64,000 nucleotides of DNA, taken from Antedon mediterranea. Taxonomy: Eukaryota; Animalia; Echinodermata. The DNA lies in NCBI RefSeq assembly GCF_964355755.1, contig NC_092674.1, positions 12,462,001-12,526,000 of the forward strand. Direction: 5' to 3'. Positions 40,356 to 55,030 of this stretch are shown here, in pieces; the first letter of the stretch is position 1; the number at the start of each line of letters is the position of its first letter. The notes under the pieces were generated by a model. It saw only the letters and a program-made list of their open reading frames with translations. It did not search any database and was not told the DNA's origin. The position numbers and the translations under genes are program-made.

Positions 40356-43300
40356 TTCCCAGTGAAATCCACAACTTAAATATTTCTGTTAGTTCTTTTA
40401 ATAAGCCAAATTACTTAATTATCTCAATATTTATTCTTTAAATAATGTTGATATTGAAAAAGTGTCTAGTTGGTCGCTTTCTTGTAGATGCTTTAATTGT
40501 AGAACGTAAATTATTAATTTTTCTTATATGTTTCTGTTCTGGTTTGACCAACTAGCAAAGGTGTTTAGCACCTGTTTGGTCTTTCCGTGCCTCCTTTTAT
40601 AATTGTTTTGTCTTCTTTTTATGTATATGGCAGAAATTGAATAAATAAATAAATAAACACGGTATGTATTCAATTATCTCAACACAAATACCAATTTAAA
40701 TGCAATGGTTTCTGTGATTAGTTCTTTAGTTCTTTTAAATATGTCTACTATAATCTTTCCATCTCTTCTGAAAACTGTTTTCAATACAATCAATTGCCTG
40801 TTGTAGATACAAACAAGGAAAACGCTTATTCATCATTACTAACAAGTAAGTTATCAATGCTAGTTATTTCTTCAGGTTGATGTACTTACATTTCCATCAC
40901 ATAACCCTTACTTTCTATCACGTAAAGTATTAAGAGTACACGCCGGTTCATGTGCGCCATATTATTGCTCATATAATCTTTACTAAAATAATTTTGCAAG
41001 CACGTTAATGTATTGATTCAACATTACTTTGTTTATCAATATTGGGGTTGTATATTCATATGAAGTAATAATATTAACAAGGTCAACACTCGGGAAACCA
41101 CATTTTCTGGAAAAAATCAATGGATTTGATACTGCATGACATTTTTTTTCTGTTATTAACCATAATAGGAAGTAAAAATAAAATGTCAACTATTGCTATA
41201 TGTTGGGGTTAAAGGTCACCAAATACAGGTCAAAAATACAAAAAAAAATCATATTTTTAAAATAAAACCATTATAATAGTTTAGATTCACGGTGATTCTA
41301 GAAACAGCAGCGAATTTATCAAAACTGTTGTTTTTGCTCTTTTAAATTGAAATTGCATGGTTTCTCCCAGTTTCCATTGTTAACAAGACACTATTAAAAT
41401 TTACCAAACATAACATTATTAGTGGATTTATATTTAATATGTCTTCTTCCTAAACAATACTAAAAATTTTGGATTGCCAAATTTACCATTTTTGAACTTT
41501 TGGCACACTTTGAATTGATTCTGTCCCACTGTGCCATGGGCCAGGAGCTATTCCTTTATTATTCTATTTTTTTTTAAATCGGTAATCGTGATCCTTTATA
41601 ACTTGTTGCATATAATGTGCCAGCGTGCTACGTTCTAGACATTGGAATAGTAAACAACTAATAGTAAAAATAACTTGAAACGAATTGTAAACGTCTATCC
41701 AGCATTAGAGATAATCTTAAAATTCTCTTCTGGAAAGAGGTAATAGATGTATGGAGTTATTTTATTTCTCTTCATTATCCAAAGTCTGTTGACGATCTAT
41801 TACGAATGCAAATTTGGAATAATGAAGTAATAAGAATAGGCAACGAATGTATAAGATATGGACATTGGGAAAAAGCAGGTATTCTGTTTGTTAATGATTT
41901 GTTTAACAGCAATGGGCAATTTATGAACAAAAAAGAAGTCGAAGATACATATGGAATTAAGATAAATTATATAAAATTAATAGGATTAAGGAGGCTTCTT
42001 ATGGAAAAATTTAACAATTTAATGATATGGGAAATAAAAAAAACTGTTTTGCCATATATTCCATTTCATATAAAAAGTACTCTTTCAACAAAGAAAGGGA
42101 TGTCGTATTTTTTATGATGTTTTAAATAACTCAATGTTTAAATCATGGAAAGCACAAAAGAAATGGGCAGAGAATAAATTTGTATTCAATAACGAACAAT
42201 TGAAAACAATCTACCTAGATCCACATACGTGTATAATGCATATTGTTTTAATATATTTTCAATATAAAATTGTAAACAGAATAATTGCAACAAATGAACA
42301 ATTATTTAAAATTAATATAAAAGAAACTTCAATGTGCTCATTTAGAGATGGTAAAATTGAAACCATTTTGCATTTGTTCTGTAATTGTCGAATAGTAAAA
42401 AGGATATGGAACCTCCTCCAGGAAAAAAATATCAGAAAAAACTTGAGCGCATTTATTTTTAGTAAAGAGAGCTTTATTTTCGGATACCAAGATGCGCATC
42501 AGTTTTATAATTTAAAAGTCATTAATGCAATTATTCTAATTGTAAAATCATTTATTTATAGTTAAATGTAAGCCAACTATCAAAATGGTTATGAACGAGT
42601 TAAAAAGGTTTTATGAAACGGAAAAATGTATTTATCATCAGAATTTCCAGGACAGTATTTTAAATAGCAAATGGATAAAATTAGAAGCAGTTATAAATCA
42701 AATATGAAATTGTTAGAGATTAGAATAATTTTTATGAACCTTTATTTAATTTGTGAGATGGATATCTTTGTTGTTTTTTGTTTAATTTTTATTTTTTATT
42801 TGATTATGTTTTTCCTTTGTAATGTATTATAAGATGGAAAAAAAAGAAGTAAACAACCAAATAAAAGTGAAATTGGGTAGACTTGTAAATGGTAGTTGCG
42901 AATTAATTGCCATTTCTTACAAAGGGAGCATACCGCCTCTCGAAACTACGTATTTTGGTACCTGGATGTGTATAGCATGGCCTCCGGATGTCTACGCATG
43001 AGCTGGACCAACTTCTAAATATATTTACTCTATAAATATTTCTTACAGAGGGACACCGCCAGATTAAGTGCGTCCTATCACTAGTAAGTAACTTGATTCT
43101 GATTTCTAACTACAGGACAGATATTGACGCGTAAACCACAAAGAAAATGAGTTTGTGAATTAGTAGACGTTTTACTGTAATATTAAATATATTTGTTACT
43201 AAAAATTAGTTTGATAAAATATATTCTACAAAATTAGTAGGCCTAATCGTTTTACCCTAATAAATTAAGGGATGGGGGGTGGGGGCACGTGTTTGTTTAT

Positions 43301-44610
43301 GAGTGAGAATCAATAAGGCATTTAGTTAAAATGCAGACCGTCTTAAATTACTGGACATGTTCCGATAAATATATTCTCATCATCAGAATTGTAATCAAAG
43401 CCTAGAATACTTGTATACGTACAAAGTTGCGTTTAAATGAGTCAATCATTAGCATGAGAATAGATTTATCGAAACATGTCACGTAATTTTAAGATGGTCC
43501 ACATTTTCATTAAATGCCTTATGATATTATTGATTATCAATCGTAATTTGGTGGTATTATACATGATGTGCCTGTTTCTATACAGTGAAAGAGCTTATTT
43601 TAGTATCCTATAGTAATATAGTTTCTATATAAGAGAATATGTTATTTCAAATCAAGTACAAAAGCCGACGATCCAAGCGAATTACATGTTTAAAAAAAAT
43701 CGGAAAACACTCATTTGTTATTTTCAAAACACATTGAAAATCGGCGCGGTCCGATGGCATTCGTGACTGGCGGAAAAACGCAACAAAAATGAAAAACGAA
43801 AATGGCATGTTGTGTTTTCTGTAGGCCTATACGGTAATTAGTTTCTCAGATACCACCGTTTACAGTAGTATAATTGGGTGTTTATTTCAAGCTCATATCA
43901 ACGGGCAAAGAAATCCTCGTTATTAAAAAAAACATATTTAAACTTATTCACTATAGTATATTTAAATTATCTACTTATTACTTTATTTATATATTGTTTT
44001 CTCTTTTTACTTGGTTAGATAAAACAAACGGAAAACATTCTAGTTGAAATTGTTTATATTAATTATATCCACAGATTGCACTATTTTCTTTATACTTAAT
44101 TAGGTAATCTTTTCGTACTGTTGGGAATTGATAAATATTTCAGTTCAATTATTTTCCAAAATAGTGGTACACAACAATGAAAGAAAACAACATTTTTGTT
44201 ACGTTCTTGTCATTAGAAATATTCTTGCGACTGAGGTGAACTTCGAAAATGCCGGTCAGATATAAAAAAAAACAGTTACAAGGAATAAATTAGCAATTGT
44301 CACTGCATACTCATCCATCAAACTAGCCTCCATCGAGAAAATATTTAATTCTATGAATCTTATGATGGTTAGTTTTATAGGAACAATAGTACTATTTTTA
44401 TTTGTTTTGGCAATTAATGCAATTAAAGCGTAATTAATTCGTCATATTCCATTTGGAATACTACGTCCTGTAAAATGACTATAGAATGTTCTGATTTGTT
44501 AATTTTTAAATTATATTATAATATACAGAATTATATATTATTTAAAATGTTCGGGTAGCTTCCATGCATGCGGCTTTTGGCCTTAATGGAAGTCCTTTTG
44601 TATATTTTTT
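40355..44610 (+). repeat. Segmental duplication block, copy 3 (contains the least-decayed Tx1-like fragment, 41806-42565)
   Basis: Colinear with 7765-12210. Confidence 0.9.
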
Positions 44611-45910
44611 CTTTTTTTACAGTATAATTTAATTTTGTTTAAACTACAGGCGTGGCCCGTGAAAAAAAAAAATCAAAGTATATGTATCGCCGTCAACGGC
44701 AAATATTGGAGCAGATCAAAAACTACATCAACCGGGAAATCACGAAATCAATGTTATACCGCGGACGATTGAAAATCTGCCGATGAAATCAGAAAGGTTG
44801 TTTTAACACCTTTTATAATATCTGCCTAAGAGAGAAATATTATTAAATCTACGTTTCGCGTATCTGAGATAGATAATGTAGGTATGCAAGGCGGAAATCT
44901 TTTTCCATTGTGCTCAAAAGTAACCATAATTTAAGTATAGATACACTAACATCGTGGAGCACATTTAGCTCGTAGTATCAGGTACGTGCACATAGCATCG
45001 CATTGGTAAGTCACAAACATATTAGTAAAATGCACAACACTGCAGTAATAGTTATTAAAACATAAAGGTTATGAAATAATCAAATTAAACAAATGTCTAT
45101 CCTTACACGTACGAAAAAAACACCAACAGTTATCTAACAACACGAATTCCTTACCTTCGCGCAAACACTGAAAGAACGAATGATTATTTATTATGCTTAA
45201 TTCTGGAATAGGTATGCACAATGTAAAACGCATAGCACCAACTCCTTGTCGGTTCTTACCCCAGCTGTTCCATTCGTCTAATATCTTAGAAAAGATAGTA
45301 TTAGTGTTTTTAATGTCTTATGTCATCGGTAGACTTTTAACAGTCAGCGGTAAAGTTACTTCCTAGTTCGTTATCACTTTGCGATTTCCGGGTTGCAATA
45401 GTCACAATAAAACCTCTGTACAAAATGCTTGCAGCTGTCCCACATGTGAACCTGGCATGTACATTTGATATACATTTGAGTCAAGATATTTCATGTTTCT
45501 CTCTTTAAACGTCAAAATGAACTACAGTAATATATTAATTATATTGTAGAATACTATGGTTTGGCTATTTAATAGTATTGTGACTTACAGGTAATAAATA
45601 GTTATTATTAATATAAAGTTATTACAAAGTGTGACATCAGTTGTTACAAAACCTTGGTTAATCTGACTTTCCAATGTCAAGATTAACCTTGACGAGGCAG
45701 CGGTGTTCCGAAACATGTGAGGGATACAACCGTGCGCAGTACTCGACAATTAATTAGTCATCCTCGCAACAAAGATGATCTGTAATATGACCCGCGATGT
45801 GGTTGCTTCATTTAGGTATGTTATTACTGGCACGCCCTTTAAATTGTAAAATTAAACACTTTTTAAATCACATTGAATTATATGGCACATTTTATGTGTG
45901 TAACACTTAC

Positions 45911-46009
45911 TTTGTCCTGAAGATCCAAATTAGCACCTTCCTTGAGCAAAATAGAGCAAACATCTGTGTGGCCGTTTCGTGCTGCCACATGCAAAGGTGA
46001 CACTCCATC
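45911..46009 (-). CDS. Ankyrin-repeat exon D: DGVSPLHVAARNGHTDVCSILLKEGANLDLQDK
   Basis: 99 bp; tttcAG / GTaagt; phase 0. Confidence 0.92.
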
Positions 46010-49000
46010 CTGAAATATTACAAACATAATTATGTTATAGTATTTTCTCTCTAAACAAAGTATTATAATATTGTCCTGAAATCATTATGATGTGATCAAT
46101 TAAAAATTATGTTATAGATTTAAATAATGCTACATTGTTAACCCTTTTCTTTAAGATAATGTATTGCATACGTATACATTTGTCTTTCTTGTATAACATT
46201 TTTTTATAGTGCTTTATAAATGTATAAACAGATAGGCATAAATGTTTGGTTTTTTTTTGCCTGAAAACTAAACACTTCATCCGGTAGTGGTAACTAGTAT
46301 GAGTTTTAATTATGATAAAGTCACTTTTGAACTGGCAGCTATGACTAAAAATATATCTAGGCTCCAAATTCTGTTCAGGTAACACATTTTGAATGCTAAA
46401 TTCTTACTATTGGTTTCATTTTACCGTTACTTGGAGGGGATATGTTTTTTTTTAATGTTTTATAAAATCAAATGAAAATCTTGATTCATATCCATTTATT
46501 GTATCATTTTGCATAAAATACATTGTTGCTCTACAGCACAATACAATGCAAAAACAGAAAACTGAAAAAACCACGACATATCATTCTCTAACATTCAGTG
46601 CCATAAAGGCATATGGTAACAATGATTACGGAATCTATTACGAGAGGTGATGGACCTTTTTTTTAACGTCAAAATAGTGCATTGGATAGGTTAGGTCTTG
46701 CAAAATTGAATGTGTTTCCTCAGTAAAGTATCTTATAAAAATGAATCGAAATGAGATTTGCTTAATTATAACTACTGAAGTCCTATACGTGAAGCATAAC
46801 TAATAATACGTTCCAGCCAATTCTTACATGTGGTACAGGTAAACTATAAAATAAAAAATAATGAGAATACTTTCAATGACAGATTTATAAAAAAAAAAGA
46901 CGTATGTCTAATGGAAGGGTTAACTCGAAAAGATGTGAGTCTATGTAACAGTAAAGCCTATTTGATACTCTCAGAGCCATAGTAATTACGGTATTTGCAT
47001 AGACTATACCCAACTTCAAGTATTATTAAATTATATGACCACGTTCTATCACCATATTAAATATTGTTTAAAGAAAACATTAGTCATAATGTTTTTAAAG
47101 TGTAATCAGTGCTACTAAGCCTCTTTGATGTTTACATTGGTAGTTAATTACTGCAATACAAATACCTACTTATCAATATAAGTATATGCAAGTTACTTTT
47201 TGGTAATAATTAATTGTCATAAACAGGTTGTTAAATGATACTGGTATGTACTTTTGTTTCTAATTTATCCAAAACAATATTATTTTAATTATAAACTTTT
47301 AATATTAAAAATCATTGGACAGTTTGTGTGATATGTGTAATGTACTTCCTAATTAAAAAAAAAATAAGTATGAAAGCAAACATAACAACAGACAATGATT
47401 ACTAGTTTCCCGAATAATTGTTGAATTAAACTAAAATTTGAACTCAACCATCACCGTGATGATATCGGGATATCCGCGTTAACGCACACAGTGTAATAAA
47501 CATCTTGAAATACACTCATACTCTATAAACTGTAAAACATGTATAGTGCTGAATTATGTCTGTTATGTGTCATACAGTACTAAGTGCGAATAACCAATAA
47601 AGTAGTGTTTTCTTTTCGTAAAGAAAACAATGCATTTAATGTGATATTTTTCTTGATAGTATAATATTCAATTGTTTGGTGTATATCACTGTTATGAGTC
47701 CAGGTAAGCACAACTGTGACATCTATTGTCTATAAACGTCTATAAATTTCAAGTCCTTTATTGTCTGACTTCGTTTTGAATGAAGCTATAGGCCTTCAAA
47801 TTCAAATGTCAAAATAATACTAATATTGGTGTCCTTTCTACATGATCTCAAGCTCTTCCGCTAGTCACCTAATCCACCAAAAATATTGGTATGCATACAG
47901 AGTCATGTCAGGAATAAACAATGTAAGTCGCTTATTACGAAGATGGACCTATTTCATTATGTAACTGCTGTTGTCACTATGATGTTATTTACGTACATAA
48001 TTTGTATAATTAATGTTTATCTATTGTGTAATCACTTATGTTTTCTGATTGAACTTAACTGATTTTAAATCAATGAGAGCTCATCAGTTATATACATTAT
48101 AATGATTTCAGATTTGACAAAATAATTAAAACTGATTACTTTCCGATTATCAGAAAGCTTAAATGTGTTAATATTTACATAAACAATGGTACGAAGACGT
48201 ACACTTACTGTGAGCTTCTGCATGTAATATATACTATTAAGAGGCTAATTATGCCTATTTCAAATAACAGTTCGGAATAGTTGGATTTTGTTGCTTATGT
48301 TCGAAATTGTCTTTTATTTCAAACTCACAAAAACGGGCAATGAAAATTTCGTTATTAAAAACATTATTTAAAGCTTATTCAGTATAGTTAAATTATTCAA
48401 TTATTCATTTATTTATATGTGTTGTTCTATTTTTTTTTCTTTTTACTTGGTTAGATAAAAAATGTTAGTGATAAAATGCTAATATTCTAGTTAACATTCT
48501 TCATTTAATGATATTCCCACAAATTGCACTGTTTATGTATACGTAAATAGGACGGTAGCTCTTTTCGTATATTTGTTGCTGTTAGGATAATAAATATTTC
48601 ACTTCAAAAACGTTCCGCCATAAAGCAAATATTCAATTCACAGGATTTCAGTACATTATTGTTTTATATTATTGTAATTCGATGTTTTCTTCATTTTTAC
48701 AATTAGTAATGCCAATTATTATCCTATTGGAAAAAAGGGTTTAGTCGAGTCAACTTTAGATCTGCAAGTGACAGTGAGAAGCTTTTCTCTTGTTCGATGT
48801 CAGGTGGTGATTGAATCTGAGTTAAAAGTTTTTAATAAATGTTTATGTCATAATTAATCATGAATTATTCATTCGTCCTGAAAAAAAAATTACGCGTCAT
48901 GTATAATTTGCTCACGGTTGTATGGCGGCGCCCTTCCACATAACCTTTTATCCCATCCCATCCTATTGAAACCGAATTTAGACATTTTTAAATAAATTTG

Positions 49001-49770
49001 ATTTGGTACGCTACCAATAATACTACTGTTTTAATAATACAGTAGAAAGATTTCTCACCTAGGTAAACAAAAGAAGGGTTACTTCTTGACACTCTCAAAA
49101 GGCTTTATAGATTGTTGCTATTAATTCGGTTCGGACGTAAATGAGTTTGCAGTAAATGAATAGAAGTTTAAAAAAGAAGTTAAAGAGAGGCGTATGAATG
49201 AAGGTGAGTGAATAAGGCCTATTCCACATCTTTGTGTGTGATTGATGCGTTTATACCTATTATAGACACTGTTATATACATTCTGAAAAAGCATGTTTCA
49301 TTGTTGTTGCCGACGGATCGATTATGATGTTATGTATAATACAGGTCATGATTTTTGTTATTAAAATAGGAAAATAAACTACTAAATTGTGTTTGTGTTT
49401 CAGTTACTGAACAACATAGTTCTGTTGGTTCTGTTACTTATATATACAACAGTACTTTATAATACTATTTATTAAAATGTGCTTATATAGAATACAATTT
49501 TGTTTATGTATCGCTGTTTCACATTGATCAAAGCGATTGACATTATGATTACAATGTAGTAGCAGTTAAAATATATATCTCAATTATGTATTGAATGAAA
49601 TTTAAAATCACTTATTACATTTTTTAATAGTACGTTCATTTTAATAATGCTTTTAAACCAAAATTCCGATTTAACTCAATGTTTAGATTAACTTTATGAT
49701 GCAGCGATGTTCATAACCATTTGAGGGGTTGTTGAGCTGTGAAATGTGCAAAAAGTCACATTTCTGAAAA

Positions 49771-50607
49771 CAACCACATTTGTGCAAACATGGCGCCCTC
49801 AAATGTGCAAATCTGTAAAATTGTATAGTTCACTAATATGCAAACATCTCGCCGTTAACTGTAAAAACGATCAGTTTTGAGGTTAAAAATGTGCAAATGA
49901 AATTCTACAAATTTGCAAATCATGTTTTTCAACCTAAATCGTTTATTCAAGAAATATTTTCGCAATTTTAATATTAATAACATTTTATTCTTTTATCTGT
50001 ATTTGTTATAAATGTATACAGCTTTCAATGAGCTTTGGTTTTATTAAATACTGAAAATACCTTGCACAATTTGAATATTGATTCAAATTACGAAAGAAAA
50101 TCGTCAATGAATTTCAAATTGCATAAATTGTTCAAATCGCGTATCAGAAATACATTAATAAAATAATATAAAATCTAATGAACTCAGTTCATTAGGTTTT
50201 GTAAATTTCGTTTAAAATAAGAGACAACTATAATGGACTTCTATTTCAACAGAATGGAAGTTACCATCTCCAGCAAGCAGCGACCACGTGTCAGTCCTGC
50301 ATCCCCTGACATTCAGATTCTGTCAAAAACAGATTATTTCAGCCTGTAGGCCTATATATATGTAATACTATATCTTGAAAACATTGTTAGAAAACCCCGT
50401 GACTATTTAGAATTAGGTTATCATTTTAATAAACGATTTTTGGTTGAACAAAAATGATTTGCACATTTTTAGAATTTTATTTTGTACATTTAACGTCAAC
50501 ACTGATCGATTTTACATTTAACGGCGGGGGATGTTTGCACATTAGTGTATTATACATTTTTACAGATTTGCATATTTGAGGGTGTAATGTTGACACAAAG
50601 GTGGTTG
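49771..50607. mobile_element. Foldback/MITE with ~175-bp imperfect inverted arms
   Basis: 49771-49947 is inverted at 50428-50607; interrupts the conserved flank of exon E. Confidence 0.75.
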
Positions 50608-50735
50608 TACATCCTCGCAACACAAATAATCTGTAATATGATGTTATTACTAGCATGTCCTTCTTTCAATTATATTTTTTTTAAACCACACTGAATTATA
50701 TAGCACCACTTAATAATACTGTTTGTAGCACTTAC

Positions 50736-50834
50736 ATTGTTTGGAAGATCCAATTTAGCACCTGCCTTGAGAAAAATAGTGCAAGCATCTGTGTGGCCCT
50801 CTTGTGCAGCCACACATAAAGGTGACGATCCTTT
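50736..50834 (-). CDS. Ankyrin-repeat exon E: KGSSPLCVAAQEGHTDACTIFLKAGAKLDLPNN
   Basis: 99 bp; tttcAG / GTaagt; phase 0; visible within ORF 50670-50852. Confidence 0.88.
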
Positions 50835-51429
50835 CTGAAATATTACAAACATTATTTAGTATTTTTTTATTCTAAAACAATCTATTTAATATTGTGCTGA
50901 AATAAATTCGGATTTAATGCTACGTTGTTAAATTAAATAAAGATTATTAAACTCTGGTATTTTCTTAATAATATAATAATAATGATAATAATGTATTGTA
51001 TACGTATACATCTGTCTTTCTTTATAGTATATTTTTATAGTACTGTATAAATGTAAGACAAATAAGGGATTTTTTTTTGCCTGAAAAATAAGCACTAGTG
51101 CTAATATAGTCTGAGTGTAAATTAAGATAAAGTAACGTTTGAACTGGCAGTTACAGCTAAAAATATATCTAGGATCCACATTCTTTTTTAGGTGACACAT
51201 TTGGACTGCTAAATTCTTACCATTGGTTTAATGTTACCGTTACTTGGAGGAGATATATATATATTTTTTTAATGTTTTACAAAATCAAATGGAAATCTCG
51301 ATTAATATCCATTCATTGTATCATTGGCATAAAATGCAGTTTTGATCTGTACAGCACAATACAATGCAAAAACAGAAAACTGAAAAACAACGACACATCA
51401 TTCTCTAACATCCAGTGCCCTAAAGACAT

Positions 51430-52221
51430 AATAGTTGGGGAGCCAGAAAGGGTTTACGTGCACCCTCTAGCAAACTATATTAACAATGTTTTTTTGCTTC
51501 CTTATATCAATACAAATAATTTTTTTTGCTGTTGGCCGAAAAAAAATTTGGATACTTGGTCAGTACAGCGGCCAAAAGGTCAATATGGTCAAACTGTGCG
51601 TAACTTGGTAACTACTGGGTGTATTGAAATATTTTTATGCCAAACTACTCAGAAGACCCATATTTCTATTCACTCTAATGGGAAACTTTTGCCAAAAGTG
51701 GACAGAAACCCCTTTTCTGACCACTGGTCAAGAAATTGGCCATATGAATATCTCATCAACCACTGGTCAGAAAATGATAATTGTGGTCTCCAATTACTCG
51801 AAAGTATATGTTTATGTTTGTTCTAATGTAATAAAAATTATAAAACTGTCAATAAACCCCTAATTTTGACCTTTGACATAATTATAGCCGGCACAAATAT
51901 TTTTCTTATCTCAGAAATTGTTGGGCGGATATGGTCATAGTTGATGTCAAAATACTCAGAAGATACATATTTCTATTCACTTTAATGGACAACTTTTGCC
52001 ATAAATGACCATGAAACTTTATTTTTGACCATTGGTCAAGAAAATTGCCATATCAATATCTCAGCAACCACTAATCAGAAAGTTATTATTTTAGTCTCAA
52101 ATTACTCACAATATATATAATTATAATATTTGCTCTAATACAACAGAAATACACAAAATGTTAAAAAACACCTTATTTTGACATTTAACATATAGCTGGT
52201 ACAATCATTTTTGCGTGGAGC
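51430..52221 (+). repeat. Unclassified interspersed repeat with an internal ~315-bp diverged tandem duplication
   Basis: 51640-51905 resembles 51950-52210; the right end recurs inverted at 54346-54522. Confidence 0.6.
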
Positions 52222-54521
52222 ACACTTACATTTTTAAAGTGTAATATGTTTTTTAAAAAATAACAATTTATGAAAAAGTGGAGCTTTTCTTTTCAGTTAT
52301 CACATGATAAATTGAAACGCGTTGCCCACGATACATCATACGGTAGGCTACTCCAGGCCCGTAAACTAGTTTTTATAGAGGGGTTCGAATTTGAAAGCCT
52401 TTGATAGACCTACCAATTAGGATTAATTTGGATGTGTCTATTAAATTCCAAATACACTGGCTCTATGGATGATGGTTTTCAGTGGAAGAGGTGGCGATTA
52501 GGAGGGAGTTCTCAACCTCAACCCCTACCCCCATCGTGTTCGGATTGAGTAAGGATATTTGATAATATGGACCTATAAGTTGACGAGAAATTTAAATGTA
52601 AAATTTAGATGTAAAACTCGTATCAAAGTTCCAGCTTGGAGTCAATTGTATAAACCTTAAAAAGATATTTGAATCTGAAATATACACATAGGTCCAGCTA
52701 ATTTCAATGGTAGGGGCGGTTAAGGGAAGGGGTATTCTGCACCACCTCAGTTCCATCATGGTGGGGGCTGAGGTAAGAAAATGAAAACATGGACCTTTTA
52801 GTTGGTACAATCGTATCAAACTTCTCAATTCTTTAACAATAATATTGTTGTTTGTACTTTAATTTATGGATAGGGAAAGTCACGCCGTCTCCACACCCAA
52901 ATCATTATGCTATGATACAAACTTTAAAGTCTTGCAATATTTCACTTTAAAAGCCAGGTGCCGGCAAAAATTGCTATTGATCATACATTCCAATAATTAT
53001 CGATATATAGTTTCCCCTATGTTTCATCATTTTTGGAATTTTATTTCTGTTACACGAGCTTGTTGAAAATAAGCACTCTCTTATCAGTGGGGGGATAGTT
53101 CAAATTACACAGTAAAATCTCTATTTTTGTGTACACAAATTTTGTAAATAGAGAGGCATTTTAAAAAGCTATGAAAAATAAACGGTGTGGTAAAAAATGT
53201 TATCAGATGATAAATATAGGTAATGTAACTTAAATTTTACATTTCTGGTATTTTTATTCAACTTCAGATTTTTATTTTCATGGTATAGCAAACAATATCT
53301 ACCATCTTTTGTCACCTTCTAGGGAGTCACCAGACATGTTATTACATTAGGTTAACTACCTAACTACTGAAAAAATATCTTCTTTTGCCAAATTTTGTAT
53401 TTGGTCATATTAAGGGAAATTCATGTTTTTTCGTCTTGATTTCTGTTACAAATATTTGATTTATGTACAGTTAACCAAATATTATATTTAAAATTTATGC
53501 CTGTACCTAATCTTTAAAGCTATACTCACTTTCTTTCTTGCTTGTGTTTAAAATTAAGAAAATCTAACGACAAATCAAATAAAACCGTTACTACAGTAGT
53601 GTGACTATATGTTATTATAATCCTAAAGGACATTATTGTTATTATTATTAATTTGTCATCGTCCTTTTTGTTGGATTTACTAATAATGTAAGAAGCAAAT
53701 AAATGAATGAATGAACATTGAATAATAAACCATCATACTACATCAGTGCGCATGTGATTTTAATTAAAACTAGTATCCTAAATATAGGTTTGTGAATAAA
53801 GATTACTATGCAACTAATTTACATATTTGTGTTTATTTGTATTAAAAAGATTCAATATAACTAAGTATGTTGCATCAAACAGCTTATTGGAATGAAGAGA
53901 AACATTGGAACATCTGAACAAAACAAACATAAGTTCTTTAGAATTAAATTATTAATTTTCAGTTTTAATTAAAATCACATATACTGAGTAGTATGCATGA
54001 TGTTTAAGGTTTACTGTGCAATGTCATAACAAAACATGGTAAGCTTCTTATTATTATTATAAGTTAGTGATTACAACAAAATGGAGGACGAGTAAATAAG
54101 CAATATATATAATATATAGTATACTACGGTTACTTTGATTTGTTTTTATTGCTCAACTATGGTTTTAAAATATTTAACAGTATACTGTATAGCATTTGTC
54201 ATTCATTTACGGGAGTTTTTTTTTAAATTGTTAAACAGTGATATAGGTTAGATCTGTAATTATAATACTAAATATTAATAATGATCTTGGTGATGGGAGA
54301 TTTAACTATGATGTTATTCATTAAAATTTTATAGAATTATCTACTGCTCCACGTAAAAATGTTTGTACCAGCTATAGGTTAAATGTCAAAATAAGGTGTT
54401 TTTTAACAATTTGTGTATTTCTGTTGTATTAGAGCAAATATAGTTATATATATTGTGAGTAATTTGAGACTAAAATTATAACCTTCTGACTAGTGGTTGC
54501 TGAGATATTGATATGGCCATT

Positions 54522-55030
54522 TTTCATTCATTCATTCATTCATTTATTTGATCAAAATCACATAAAAACAAGTAAAAAAGGTTCATGAATAAAACAGTAT
54601 AAAAACAACATATAAAACAATGATAAAATATTTTTAAACATCTAAAACCGTATAAAAAACAAAGTCTAAAATTGTAAAATAATTAAAAACCATTAAAAAA
54701 TCTTAAAAGAGATAAAAAGGGAGAGAAAAAGTGATTTCGATCAGGATCGTCCAAGAAAACCAATAACTCAGGTTTATTTCCATTGGAGTCCTTGAGGTAA
54801 AACAGTTTTAAAAAGTTAAAAATAAGTTTAGATGCTATGCCGTTTCGATGCAAGATTGTTTTTAACTAAATTTCTAAATACATTTACACTCTCAGTACTT
54901 GTTATCGTACTTGGCAATTTGTTCCATTCTTTAATTGCTGGAGCATAAAATGTGCCATCTATAACATTACAAGAGATTGGAGGAACAAAATTAAAATAAC
55001 TGTGTCGGGTATGGAAATAACTTGAACTGA
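54522..55030 (-). mobile_element. CR1-group LINE 3' remnant
   Basis: Minus strand AIKEWNKLP motif and (AATG)n tail at 54522-54545. Confidence 0.55.

Noticed and set aside
51272-51826. 184-aa ORF
   Set aside because: It spans the junction between a paralogous intron block and an interspersed repeat; no motifs, and not open in the paralogs.
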